A DNA stretch of 64,000 bases from Paraglomus brasilianum (GCA_910592345.1 CAJVPI010000053.1:1-64000), one strand, 5' to 3'; shown: positions 12,504 through 26,295, numbered from the stretch's first letter. Translations and numbers: made by a program. The notes: generated by a model not told the origin, from the sequence alone.

Positions 12504-13466
12504 ACCGAGGATATTTAATATTGTCGTACATAAAAAGAATTGGACACTGAAGCTGTCATAAAACCATCAACTTGTGCGATTGGCCGCTTATTCACTATCT
12601 CCGCCCGTAATATGTTTGACTAAATGATGATATTAATGTGCACACATTGATCATGAGATGTCGTCACACACGTTAAACAATATTCTACCACAAATTATAC
12701 TCACGAAGCACGATTGATAATCGAGTCAAAGAAACTAACGTGAACAAATATCACATTTGACATGTTTATATTCTCCTTCGCCAACAGTTTACACTGCAGA
12801 CTCGGTGTTAATTTGATCCGAGCTTAACATTATGTTGTGGAGGGGTATCATATCTGTGAAATCATTTACTCTATAATTGATGACATCATCTGTCTAGCAC
12901 TTTTACTGTTATTAGTTAGTCCTTGTGATACGGTAATAATGAATGTTATTGTGTAGATAACATAGTAAAGCATCTCTGTTTGAGTTGGATTTCCATTTAC
13001 GTTTGTCATCACTTTCGGTAAAAACCTTCTTCATATTACTATTACTTTTAATGCCATAATCCGAGTTAACCAAAAAAGGCAATTTGGATGTCATTGACTC
13101 GATAAAATTGTTTAAGGCTTTGGGTTGGCAAAAAGTTTAAATTGTGGCTTTTTGTTTTCGAAAAAGGGCCTGGCTGCATGAAGCATAACATCCAGTCTCA
13201 CGTCGTATATCCTACGATGTGAGGCAGTGTACATTGGGGATGGGCGGGGCAATGTGGCAGAGGAGAGGAGCGGACATTCGGTATTATATATTATACATAT
13301 TATACTAATTAATTATTTATTATTTATGAAAATGATCGGATAACATATTTAGGCATTCCATTCCAGTACCACCCCACCCACACCTATCCAATCAAACAAA
13401 ATCTGAAAAACAAATCTTATTTCGCCACTGAACAACCCAAAACTCTCTCGCTTACCTCAAGTCACT

Positions 13467-16243
13467 ATGGGGGAAAAAGGAACAGACGTTGAGCTTCGAG
13501 ATTTCTCGGAACAATCTCTCCCAATACCAGAACTCAAAGTAACTGGCCCTGAAGCAAGACACCTAAACACCGTGGAAATTATAAAGTCTGATCTGCATTA
13601 TATAAGGGTATGAAAGAAAATATGCAAGAATCCTAGTGGCCAAGTCAAACAAGAGAACTTGTCGTGTAATACTAAAATTATTTGGTATCTGCGGTTGTAT
13701 GTAGGGATTTCACAATGCAAAAGAGACTTTACAACCAGCAGAGTTGGTCGTGACTGGTGAACTTCCCACATGGCTGAATGGTGAATTATTCACCGTCGGA
13801 CCTGGAATTTACGATGTTAAATATAATAAGATGATAGAACTTGGGAACGGGCAATACGAGAGCGGAACAGCTACATTTTCAATGGGACATTGGTTCGATG
13901 GGTATGTGTCCTGATGATCGACATTAAAGAACAGAATGTACTTTGATCTCGGAAACGAAGATTGACAATCTTCATTCACGTCACTAACGTCTACCGTTCA
14001 ACGTAGTCTCCCACTGCTAAATCGCTTTATATTGGATGGAACAAACAACAAAATAATTTATCGGTCGAGATTGATTGCTAAGAAGCAAGAAGAAAAAATA
14101 CGCGACAGACACGGAATTATTACCACGCATCCTTATTCGCTATTTAAGACTCATGCAAAGTATGTTTATTCATTAACATGTTATTTTTGGTCATGAACGG
14201 CCGGATACCTAGAAAGCTGTATTAATGTTTATACTTCTGTAGTCAAACTCCGTTGGCAAAGCTAATGGTCAAGAGGCGTCCCACAAAACCGGAACAAGAA
14301 CCATGTAGTGCAAGCATCCACGTTAACTTTCCGCTAAACGTGCCGGGAGAACGGCCCAAGATATTTTGTCAGAATCATTCAACCCAGGTAATTATCGCTA
14401 CTGGCTGCATGCACAGATTCATGTCGCCACGCTTCCATATGATAGCTTTCCCAAAAAATCACGCTAATACAACTCTTATTCCATCTATCCTATTCTTTAC
14501 GCCGTAAGGTCGTAGAACTGGATGCTCACGACTTGACTCCGACGCGTTTGTGGTCATGGAACGACTTAAACCCATCCTTTCAAGGCGTACATGCTGGACC
14601 CCATTCGCACTACGACGCTACAAGAGGAGAGTTAATAAACTTCAACATGGAATACCACGCGTTAGGAACCAAATACAACTTTTTCATGATTTCCCAAAAA
14701 AATCCAAAAGGAGAACTTATTGCAAGCGTTACGGCAAAGTCATCGTACGTGCATAGTTTTGCAGTCACTCCGCGTTTCATTATCTTGGTATGTAGGGACA
14801 TAGAGTGGCTCATGGCGCGAAAGTGTCGGTAAGGTTGTGATGAAGGAAACGGGAACGAACAAAGCATAAAAAGACTATGAGAACTTTTTCATAGTGTTGG
14901 TCAAGGTATAACAGCTATATACATTTTTTCGTAGCTAACAATTTCGGAATTTTCATAGACGCTTTACCCATTCTACGCCAAGAACGCTGGATTAAATGTT
15001 AAATGGGTCGATAACATCATGGATGCGTTTGTATTTCGCCCAGAGGAGCCCACTCTTTTCTATGTTATATCAAGAGCCAAAAAACAGCATGTCGCCACAT
15101 ATAAATCAGATCCTTGTTTCGCGTAAGAATGTATTCCATATTTATTTCGAGCTAGTCGATGTTAACAAGCTAATGCAGATTTTCTCTTACTGATTCGTTT
15201 CCCATTCCATTCATACCAATTTTTTCGTTTCTTTACATAGATTTCATCACATAAACGCCTTTGAAGACGATGATGACAACATTTACATCGACATTGCAAG
15301 TTACGAAGATAGCGCAATCACAAACTACCTGACTCTTGAAAGTTTACGTCAAGGTTTTCTCGTCGATCTACCATTAGCCGAAATACGTAGATTCGTGCTA
15401 ACAAACATCCAATTGGAATCCATAAAATTCACAAACATTCCGCAAGCGACACAAAGAGAGGTTCTTCAGAACACGGTTGCGAACTTGTTTAGGGCACGTC
15501 CGACTAATGTACAAGGGGATATCCACTCGTATCCCGTCGCTAACTATTCAAGGTGTGCGGACTCGGCGCTCGAGTTGCCAAGGTAAGGAGGTATTTGGGT
15601 ATGAAGGTTTGGAATTGGGAATCGGAAGGGCAATAATACAAAATGAGAGTATGATGGTGACGTAATATGAGCAAAGTGGATGAGGCGATGCGTAGATATG
15701 AAATAGTAAAGTATAATCGAAACATGTTTCGTTTAGGATTAATCCACGCTATCAAAGAAATCGATATCGATATGTTTACGGAATTAGCTTTTCAGAGAAA
15801 GCTGCAACAAACCCAGGGGAGATATGGGATGCGTTGATCAAATGTGTAAGTCATTTTCTTTGACCAATAACATGTGATATATTTTTCATTTTCCTTATCG
15901 ATTTATTTTCTTCGTTTATCCTACGTATCAACTTTGTATTTACTGACTGTCTCAAATCCGTTAATCGCTATCTCTTTAGGATCTGGAAAACAAAGATGTA
16001 GTTGCAATGTGGTGTTCTGACTTCTGTTATCCGTCAGAGCCAATGTTCATTCCCGTTCCCAATATAGACAGTGACGAAGACGATGGAGTGATCGTCAGCG
16101 TTATTTTTAATGGAAAAGAAGAGAAGAGTTTCCTACTCGTTTTAGAGGCGAAGGAGTTGAAAGAAATTGCTAGGGTTGATCTGCCGCAAGTGATTCCGTT
16201 ATCTTTCGGACACGGTGCCTACAAAGAGACACCGAAAGAATGA
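13467..16243 (+). CDS. Carotenoid cleavage oxygenase (RPE65 family), multi-exon
   Basis: Spliced motifs GFHNAKE..VTGELPTWLNGELFTVGPG, HWFDG, GPHSHYD, YVHSFAVT, FHHINAFED, LELPRINP, YPSEPMFIP..EDDGVIVS..FLLVL..EIARV..PLSFGHG. Four candidate Fe-binding histidines are present. Confidence 0.93.
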
Positions 16244-16483
16244 AAAGAGACATTGTCGGAGAGAAGAAGCAAGTTTAAATTAAGATGTCATTAGAATCGC
16301 TTGTTAGGATTGTTGTTTAAGTTTTGAATGTAAAGTTTCAAAGAAAAGATTCCAACTGTAATTTTTGTTTGACAATATAAATTATCTGTCATTTGCTACA
16401 TTGAGTTTGTATGTTTAATCGTTGAAGTTAAGTATCAGGTGATTTACAAGACACGCAGTATTAACTTGCCAATTAACCTAGTA

Positions 16484-16925
16484 CAGTCGAACCTCGTTAT
16501 ACCGAAGGAATTCTGGCTCCCCCGTTTTTTAAATAGGAAAATTCCCTCGTTATAACGAATTTAATAGTAAAATCTCGTTATACCATTACCGAAGTTTTCG
16601 ATGCAGGATTTTTACATATGCTTTATACGAAGTTGTGTCACGTGATAAAAAAGTAGAATAGTGATTGGTTGTAGCAGATGAGGATCATATGATTTTGGTC
16701 ATCCGATTTTGTATCTATTGTTTTTTAAATTCAGTATGATACTCGCACATATTGTTCCATCATGCAATTTTCGATCGTACGATTAATTCTGAGACGTAAA
16801 TATAATTAGAATAAAGATATTATTCACATAAGACTCATTATACCGAATATTGCTTGACCTTGGGCCTAACTTCGTTATATAGTGGTACCTCACTATACCG
16901 AATATCTCGTTATACCGAATCACAC
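16484..16925. mobile_element. Partial pogo/Tigger-like MITE (a shorter related fragment lies at about 44820-44902)
   Basis: Begins ta|cagtcgaacctcgttataccgaa with repeated cgttata(c/a)cgaa subterminal motifs; the right TIR was not found. 44820-44902 shares cccccgttttttaaatag..cctcgttata..agtgattgg.tgtagcagatg. Confidence 0.65.
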
Positions 16926-17242
16926 TTCGGGATAGTATAATAATGCGCATAATAATAACGATTAAATAATATGCTCTATATTTCTTACGCAAAGCGGCTA
17001 ACAGTAAAAGTACACGATTTTATTTCGGGAATCCTGTTAACTCGACCATATTGACATATATGGAAGCATATCGTATTTAATTGGAAGAGGAATAAACCCT
17101 TCGTATAAAACTGTGAATTACAAGCGTCAATCATAAACCAGTGGACGATGTTAATATTGTCTGATTGACTTCGTTTATATAAACAGAACCAATTGTTGTC
17201 TTTGTAACTGCCACTAATCCAAACTACCTGTCTTAAACCTCG

Positions 17243-17515
17243 TCAACTTCCCCTAACTCTACCTGGTTTAGTATTAGGCAGATTTCCGGTAGGTAAGAGC
17301 GTACTAGAATATTTACTCTCCTTTCGAGACGTGATAAGGGTTTTAAACAGCACTCCACGTATTGTCATCAGAATTGTCCTTGCCCATAAGATCGTAAATA
17401 TCAAAATAAAGTTCCTGAGCATCTGGACGCTTATCAGGATCAGCATCATCAGCAAGTTTCTTATTATTTTATCCCTCTGGTGCGGAATCAGGCATCAATG
17501 GTCATAGACAACCAA
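17243..17515 (-). pseudogene. C-terminal fragment of a protein kinase gene
   Basis: Minus strand reads GCL*PLMPDSAPEG..KLADDADPDKRPDAQELYFD..KESKYSSTLLPTGNLP (kinase subdomains X-XI plus tail), with stops and frameshifts. Confidence 0.6.
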
Positions 17516-17519
17516 TTGA

Positions 17520-19980
17520 CTACCTCTACACAAAAACAACCTCCTCCTAAGAACACCAATGATAATCCCCCATTATATGTCCGACTCATCACCTTCTCTA
17601 CATAACTCTATATCTATACACTTCCCTACCAAAAGTCTCTGGAATTTTTGTCATATAGTTTGGAGTTGTGAGAGGTGGTGTGATGACAATGAATGCAAAC
17701 ACCTTCAGCATTCGATCATAGATGCAACTAATACTAATAAAGGAACGCAAAACTCCAAGTGATAATTGCCTTTTTAGTGCAAGTACACCTTTAGCATTCA
17801 ATTGTAGACACAAAACTCCAAGTGAGGACAATATCCTTGTCAAGTATTTTCATACAAACTGGAATAGAATGATTTGGATCAGGTTTAACAATAACATCCC
17901 ATTTTTTGGTAAGTAAAGTGACAGGAGAGATTTCAACAATAGAGGGGAGAGATGGTAAGTTTTTTCATTGAGGAGTTGAGATATTTCTGATTATGATGGG
18001 CTTCTTCATTCTTGGAGGTAAGCTCTAAGAAGTGACAAGAGAATAGCTTTATCAGAGATGAACAGATTGCTTTGCTGATCAAAGGAGAGACTATTGGGTG
18101 AGGAGGAGTACAGCTAATGAATGGTTTTTGCTTGAAATTAGATTTAATGTTTTCCCAGAAGAAAATTGAGAAGGCACCATCTGGGTTAACAAGAGGGAAT
18201 TTCTCTGAAATAGTTAGCAGGTGCTTTGCCTCTTTCAGCAGCTGGATATGGAATGACTTTCAGAAGTAGGGCTGCAGACATCTTTTTTCTTTTGTTTGTG
18301 ATAAAGAGTACTTGGGTAATCTGTTCTTTGTAAATTCATAATAATAAGTAAAATTTTTTTATCTAGATATTCTTTGAGAATTTTGGTATCTTGATAATGA
18401 GCAATCTTTTCTCCTTGTTCTTTTTTTAAAATACTTTGAATAGTGCTGTAATTCTTTGGTTCCATAGTGAATTTAATGTAAATAGTTTCATGTTAATATT
18501 TTTATATAGACATAATTCTATATTAAACTTATTATAGTTTTTTGTAAAGGGGAAGAGAAAATTTATTCACTGTATAAAGTTTGCTAATGCTTCCAACATA
18601 AGATTGAGATGCTTTTGCACTTTAATACAAAGAGTGTTTTTTTCAAGGCCAGTCAGTGCCTTGTGCATCTGTGCAGTTTTAATTAAAATAAAGTTAAATT
18701 TCAGCCATAACAAAAGCTAAGATATAAGATAGTCTCTAAATTTATGTCTAAGCCATAGCTTTGCCCCACTAAAGCAAAACTGTCATCAGTCACCAGTTAA
18801 TTTTTCAGCAACACCAGTCATTTTTAACTCACATAGTCAAATGTTCACTTGGTCTGGTTTATTGCAACATGCCCCTGGCAGCAGTATTAATATGGCCTAG
18901 GTATGTAATTGCCTGTATTTATTATTATATTGCCACTGCCTCATGTTCAGTCAGCAAATGCCATTTGGTCTCTACAATGCTCCAAGTACATTCCAATGCA
19001 TGATGGATGATATTTTCAGTTCAGGAATGTAAAATCTGCATTCCTCAAACATATGGTTTATGATGTCATGGATATATTAATATTGCATCCAGAAAGACTG
19101 ATTTTTACTTGCACATTCTTGTATGCTGATTACATGCAAGACCTGGTGTTTCATTTCTGTTTCTGTTTCTCTATACAGAACTACTACCATTGCAGCTACT
19201 ACCCCTGGAGTTTAATATTGTCCATGATACTCTCCATGTAAAGATTTGTTTGTTGGGTTGCATTTTTTTGCTTTTCCTCTCTAGACATCTTTAATGTCAT
19301 TGCCATATGGAATAAAATGTTTGCCCATGTAATGTTTTAACCACTTTAATGGCATCCTTTCTCAGGGAGTCTTGTTCATTGTTATCAAGGAAAGAGGCCA
19401 ATGCACAGACATTCCTAACATTTGACTGACACATTTCCAAGTTCACTGTGTCAAAAGCCTTGATTACAAACTCCTCTTTATGCTATTTTCAGCTGAAAGT
19501 ATATATCCAGTGAGTTTTTTTATCACCCTCTCCTTTTCAACACATCCCCTGCTCCTTTACTTTTTTCTCTAATAATATTAGAAGAATTGTGGGAATGTGC
19601 TTATTTTCAGAACCACTGTATATTAATATGGTAAATAGTTTATATTTAGAAGGCTTAGGTTGAAGTAGTTGAAGTTGTGGGTCCCTTTTAATTTGTGCAC
19701 AATTGCATTTGCAACTAAACCAAATTTGGACAGACAAAGAGAGCACAGCATTTAGTATCACATCCTACGAAATACTTGCATTAGTTGTTCCTACATGATC
19801 TGAGCAAAAGTTGAATGCCATTCAGTTGGCTTGAAGTTGAATACTAAGAGAAGAGGAGTATACTTTAAATTTATGCATCTGATATAGATAGGCAAAATAT
19901 GTATGGCATGTTGGCCAGGCAGACATGGTTGTATTGATTGACACACTATCCTTTGAATGATTTCCATTCAAATTTTGAAA
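17520..19980. mobile_element. Highly decayed, CpG-depleted repeat/transposon relic(s), unclassified
   Basis: Only a handful of CpG in about 2.4 kb, no coherent ORF, an internal duplication (caaaactccaagtga twice at 17748-17826), and it abuts the truncated kinase fragment. Confidence 0.35.
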
Positions 19981-21449
19981 TCGCTTAATATCCGTAGCTA
20001 TTTTGCATGTAAGTAGATGGATTAAACTGGGCTTTAGCGAGCACTTCGTTGTGAATAAAAGTTCCTCGCGATAACTTATTGTTGTACAAATTCACGTGAT
20101 GTTTACCTACGCGAAAGTCGTTAACCCAAATCATACGATCATTCAACAGATTAGTGTTGTTGTCAATACAAATCACAAAAGACTGTTTGTCAATGGTAAT
20201 AATAGTTAAGCTGCAAAAGATGTCTCAAACCGCTTGACCTTGGCGTAAAGTAAATTTAAAATAAGTATTCAATATTTTACTAATACATTACTTGTATCAC
20301 GGCTTATTAAAGTTATTCAAAAGTTGACCCATTCCATTTGGCACAGAGTTGCTCGCGCTTATTAAAAACAGTAATATCACGATAGTGTTTAATCGAATAA
20401 AAAATCTAATCATGGTGCTCGCAATGAGAAGGTATTGTAAGGTAAAATTCCTGTTTCATAACAGCCCACATATACAATGAAAAAATGCCATATTTTTATG
20501 ATACAATGTTTAGTCAACTATATAAAGAATATGCTGTGGAATTAATTTTATCTTCTCTCAGATTATATATAGCCAAACAATATAGGCATCCAATAAACCT
20601 TTACTGACAGAAAACCGTCGGGAAACAAAAACGCAAAACTCACTTCAACTCGCAATGATATTATTTCGAAAATGGGAATGGGTTCACGGATATCAAGCAA
20701 GCTTACAACAAACAACTGATACATTTATGAATATAACAGATAGTGTATAAAGGAGATAACTGATATGTCTATGCATTGATTAATGATCGCTGGCAATAGT
20801 TAAAACCAGTTTGGTAATGCAGATTATCAGAAACGCTTGCAGATGTATCGAATCTCACTTCCAAACCTGTACATCGAACAATCGCATTAGTATCAATGTT
20901 TGCTACGCAAGCTTGTCTTGGCTCGAAAAATTACTGCGGATATTAACAATGACAAAATAGTAAATTTTACAATGAAATAATCAATTGATAAAATCAACCA
21001 GCAACTATTGCCGCAGCACATCTCAACGAAGAATATGTTCAACTGATATAACACTATCCGCTATTGTTCACTGGAAACATAGAGTAGCTCCCAGTAACTA
21101 AAATTTTATTAGGCAAACTTAAAGAAACTGATAACTGACCAAAACTTACGGGAAAGCAAAGAAGAAGAAATTCTGTGCGCAATGGCAATGATTGGAAGTA
21201 GGCGTAGCATACCGAATTGCCTCAACGATCGAATGGCTTCGGTTTCATTGAATGGCTATTTTGTGTTTTTGTTTACGGGAAGTACTAAAAATGCAAATTG
21301 GTCTTGTTAAAAGTTCTTCACGCCATGAGAGAGCTGTTCCAATTTTTGTTATTCAATTTATTTTCATAATCCGTTCTTTGTTAACAATATACATAATATT
21401 ATGCTTAGAGTGCATTTTGTTTCCTTTGGTGAAATTTACATAAACCGCA

Positions 21450-21473
21450 TAACCCTAACCCTAACCCTAACCC
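21450..21473 (-). repeat. Interstitial telomere-like repeat (TTAGGG)4
   Basis: taaccc repeated 4 times on the + strand. Confidence 0.9.
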
Positions 21474-21711
21474 TTACTCCATTCCAATACTTCCTATGTA
21501 CAGTTGTCTAAATACAAATATTTAACAAGTGCGCTTTTCACACTTATTTTTTCTGCACACTCCAGATACAAAAGCTATATCTTTACATGTAATAGAAAAA
21601 AATTCTGCAAGCCTTATGTTACACAATCTGCACGAATGCAAAAACGGTTCCTTTCTTTTACAAACATCTTTTTGTCAATTTGTTCCGGGCCGGAATGCTC
21701 AATGGTTGCCG

Positions 21712-22847
21712 TCAATAGCCAAAAGACCCTGATTCGAAATTTAGATTCTTTTCAAGAACGTTCTCATGATACTCATCTCCTTTTATATCGGCAATTTTGT
21801 GTGTCCTGTCTTCATTAGTAGAACTACAGACCGCTCTTGTTATTGGCGATAGCATTAAACCGGAGCTCGGAGCATATTGATTAAATAGTGGTGGCGGTGG
21901 TAGATTGGATTGAGATGTAGGTTGGTGAGTGAACAAGGTGGATTGGATTTGGCAAGCAAATTGCGGAGAGGTAGTGGCGGAAGGAGGGTACTGAGGCATA
22001 ACGGCGTCAGTATTTTGAGAGGAAGTCATATCACCTGAATAATCGAAAGGATGATAAAATCAAAAAGGTTAGATAAAATCAGACCATAATTTATTTTCTA
22101 CAAATATGGCGCATTAAACCTACCACTTTGTTGTTGGTTCCATGTACAATACGAACACCGATAACCATTTATTTTATTATCAAACGCTGTTCCCATTCTG
22201 TTTTCCAGCATGTCAAACGTCGGCGAATATATTGAATTTGTCGGTTCGAAATAATTAGCATGGACAAAAGGTTGAGATAATGGTAACACTGACTCGGAAA
22301 TTTGTAAAGCCGTGGGTTGCGCATGTGGAGCAGACGTTGGATTTTTCAAAACTGTCGAGTTGTTGGTCGTTGATTTTCGTACATCCATTGATGGTGTAGC
22401 AATAAAAGCCGGCTTCTTTCTCCTTCTTGCTTTGGTGGTTTTGGTGGTGGTAATTACAGTTGTCATATCATTAACTTGGAAACAGTTTTTCTGCGCATAT
22501 AACTTTTCGGCCTCTAGAGAAATATCCTTGTATGCTTTTTTAACGTGTTCTGGCTCCTTCTCCCACGAATATGAAATCATGGACGACAAGTCGGTCATTG
22601 CCAAATGATAATTATTCTTCTTCAAATGTCTCACGTATTCGCTACGATACATGATAAATGCGTTTGGGAAGCGAACTAATTTTTTGCTTAACAATTTCGT
22701 CACAAAGGCAGCTGTATCGATTTGCGGAGGAAATGGCAGCGTGACAGGTGGAAGCGTAGGAGTAGTCTTTTTTATCGAAAGACGCATACATTGTTGCAAT
22801 ATTCCATTGCGGTTTATTATTCGGGTGGAGGGTTTTACGTCTTTCAT
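21712..22847 (-). CDS. MATA-HMG (SOX/Rox1/Ste11-like) HMG-box transcription factor
   Basis: Exons 22124-22847 and 21712-22034 join in frame (QQQSG-DMTS) over a GT-AG intron. HMG box RFPNAFIMYR..MTDLSSMISYSWEKEPEHVKKAYKDISLEAEKLY, followed by an S/T/P/Q-rich tail. Confidence 0.9.
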
Positions 22848-24321
22848 TAGAGTTTTGAGAATTGGATTAACGTAATGACTTTTACGTCACGCGAATCTAA
22901 CGAACAGGGTTCATCCTCTGCTTTTATATGTCGTTGTGAGTCATCCACATCATTGTATGGCCTAAATTGTAAGAAAGATCAGATTGGGGTGATAGGCAAC
23001 GGGTTCACAAACTAAACTCGAGTGTTCGATTGTCTTGGCCATTGCATTTTGTGTCATGTCACTGCGCCGTTGATTACATACTCGCTTTGAATTCTAATCT
23101 TTTTACGCATTAAAAGAGCGAAAATGGTGATGGTACAACATGGTTTATCGCAGCTGATGAGATTACTATCTTGGTGAATAGAAAGCATTAAGAGTCGGAG
23201 ATAAAATGTACATTTGAAATTGACCAATCACAATGGCCGACATAGCATCCGAAGAACCACTTTAAAAATATACAGTCAAAAAAAGAATCCAGTTTAATTA
23301 TACGACTGTTCGTTATTACTGAATGTTTTTACCAGATAATTGGCTCAAAAAGAAAGAGGCTCTAATAAAGTTGATCTTCGTAAACGGAACTCCTTGCTGT
23401 GTATAAAACATTGTTTTTATAATATACACGACCAGTAAGTCACAACCAATTACTCATGATAACATTATAATTACGCAATCGATCACCTGCCGACTTTTTC
23501 TAGATTATCACTGGCGTAACAATGAGAATGTTTATGTCTTAACTGCTAAAATACGATGATGGTTATATATTTCCTCCCTGGGAAGAAAACCGGTTGAGCG
23601 CTTTTGTTGTATCATAAACAAGTTCGCCACAATAGAAATGTCGATTTTAGGTAAAAGGTATTATTTTTATGCAACTAATCCGAGGATCATAATGTAACAG
23701 GACTACAGGACCCGTAAACTCTAGCCCCAAACAAGTATGTTACACCGCATGCATTGTTCTTTTTTTTCCAACTTATTCACAAGAAAATGTATGAACACTT
23801 ATCCACAATCCAAGGTTATTTTTAGCGCATTCGAGTCCATTGTGATGGGTTGTCAATGTCTCTACAAAAGCCAATATTATGACTGAAGTTGGTGTGACAA
23901 CTATAAAAAGAAGGATTACACATATTACAGCTCAATTACAGCTACACCAAGCAAGCTTCAGTGACAAAAAAATGGTAAAAAAACTTCACGATCTACGCGG
24001 CAGATATCACATGTTGTTCATTGAGCCGAGTCAAGTTATCGAATGTTTCATGTTACAGTACTTCATGTACTTATCACATACGGAACAATAAAAGAAAATT
24101 TCATTGTACTTGTGTTTACATAATATTGACATGAATTATAAACTTGACGCAATTATTTGTTCGAATCGGGCAATTTAAATTAAAGTCATCAGAACACTGA
24201 TACAGAATCCCTGCGCGTAAATATGCAGATAAACGACAAGATTAATATACAATAAAGCCTAATCAGACTGAGAACATTCTCCCGCACTCGCGAATACTAA
24301 CTAATAAGGCTTGCTTTATAT

Positions 24322-24322
<1 letters not shown>

Positions 24323-24397
<75 letters not shown>
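24323..24397. repeat. Compound microsatellite (GAT)14(GTT)11
   Basis: Directly visible perfect trinucleotide runs. Confidence 0.97.
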
Positions 24398-26295
24398 GGT
24401 GTCAATAGAACATTCTATTACTCTCTTTATTGTTTGTGCACTTATCAATCCGCCTATCTACATTGTCCTCTGACTTATCAACCAACAAAGTATCCTTTTA
24501 CGTAGAGTAATTAAAAATTATTTGAGTCTCACTCATAACGGATACTTGTACATTTGTAACCGATAATTTATGTCTCTAGCTCTCATATATTCTTATCGTG
24601 TCTAATTTATAGACATTTCTTATCTGCAACTACAGTATTCCAGTATCCAATACAATTACTGTAATCTACTCGTATCATTAAGCCTTTTTATTTCGCACAC
24701 TCTCCCTCTAATTACAACGTACATATGTATGATAACAAAACAGTATCAAATAGTTGTATCGAAAAGTGACAAGAGCAAGGCCTACGTTCGTATCAAATAA
24801 TTTGTTGCTTGAGGAAAGGTTGGGAAAAATACCATTGAAAGACTACACATTACAATTTGTGATATAACAATTTTTAATAACTTGTCGACTTTATTAGTTC
24901 AACAGCGGACAGCCATATAAGTCTTTTTGCGAACCGGCTTGCAAGTACGTAATAACGTTAATAATTTCCTGATCTTTTACATGTCTTTAACCCGTTTGCA
25001 ACGCCTAGCGCTTAGAAACGTTTCTGTTTCTCAAAGACTTTACTCTGCGACAAAGATTTGCTCTTCCGTTCTGATGTGTATTTAATCGTATGCGAGTACA
25101 TGAGAGTTGTGAGAGCGATATTATAAACTAACTAATAACTACATTGCAAAACTTGTCGTCTTCAATCAGGTATGTGGTAACATTGTATACAACATATATT
25201 CGGGTTGGACGCATTTTTTGATGCTCAAATATATCGTATTCTAATATCCGGACCTACTATTCTGCTCTCTAATACCCGGAGGGAATACTGTACCGAGGGA
25301 TACATTAGAGAAGAGAATAACTTTACTGACGATATAAAATATCTTCACGTCTTAGCTACAATAAAGCATAACTCGGAAGATCAAATGCTGTGTGGAATAA
25401 GAGAGATGTGAAGACAATCTAATCTCAGATTATACAAATAGTAATGATGTTAGAGAAGGTAAGCAAGTGATAGGATAGAAAGTGAAAATAATTCTTACAT
25501 ATCAGGAGGGTATACCAAGAGATATCATAAGTAATATTTACGTTTATTGAATTTATAGATTTATCTGGCATCTTGTTTATATAAGTCTGTCTACTATGGC
25601 ACGCCGTAGTCTTACTGCTACTACACTAACGTGTACCCGGGGTACTGTCCACATCCATTCTGGAAGTACCCGGAGGGGGAGTACTAGAATCAGTACTGTA
25701 CGATTACTACCATTCGTATACATCTTGGCAGGCGATCATGTTTGGAATACCAAAATATACTTTGTCAGCGCGCTATATTTCTTGGCAATTTCAAACAACG
25801 GAAAATATTTATATTACATAACCAACTGTCCGCTTTTATTCTGAAAATCTGTCAATCAATTCGAACATGTAATGTTAGATGGTCTACTTTTGTATAGCAA
25901 TATCTTTCCTTTACTCTTTTTCTTCTACCTCTCATGCATTTATTCTCCTAAACCAATTCTGTGCTGACAAAGATAATTTGCTTCCAAGAGACAACGGACA
26001 AAATTGACGGAATACCATAAGACGAGGGGAATGTTTTGTTAATCATATATTGTACCCCCTGCACAAGTTTGGACGTAATTATTTGTTTGGAACGGTTTGG
26101 CCTGGTACTCGAGAAAGTAATAATTCATGATTATCGATGCAAAACGGCTAACGGTTAAAGTTCAAGCACTGAATTACTGTAAAGGGATAGTAAGTGATAC
26201 AGTTACGATTCTTCGATTTCTTTTCTTAATTACTAAAGTTTTTAATCGTCTCTCTTATTTGAAGAAAATTGATTGTTATGCAAGGTTGTTATCAA

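Noticed and set aside
21450..21473. Chromosome end or telomerase RNA template
   Set aside because: Internal, with genes on both sides; four full units exceed a typical ~1.5-unit template and no supporting structure was seen.
21712..22847. Mating-type (sex) locus
   Set aside because: No flanking triose-phosphate transporter or RNA helicase (Mucorales arrangement) and no homeodomain pair; MATA-HMG genes are a large family in AM fungi.
23153..23186. Hammerhead ribozyme core (ctgatga...gaaa)
   Set aside because: Stem II lacks the closing G-C pair and no stems I/III with a cleavage triplet were found.
24263..24505. Poly-D/V and poly-N/I ORFs
   Set aside because: Translations of the microsatellite only.
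25235..25701. Complete MITE with gtacccgg motifs
   Set aside because: Repeated motifs are present but matching TIRs and a TSD could not be defined.
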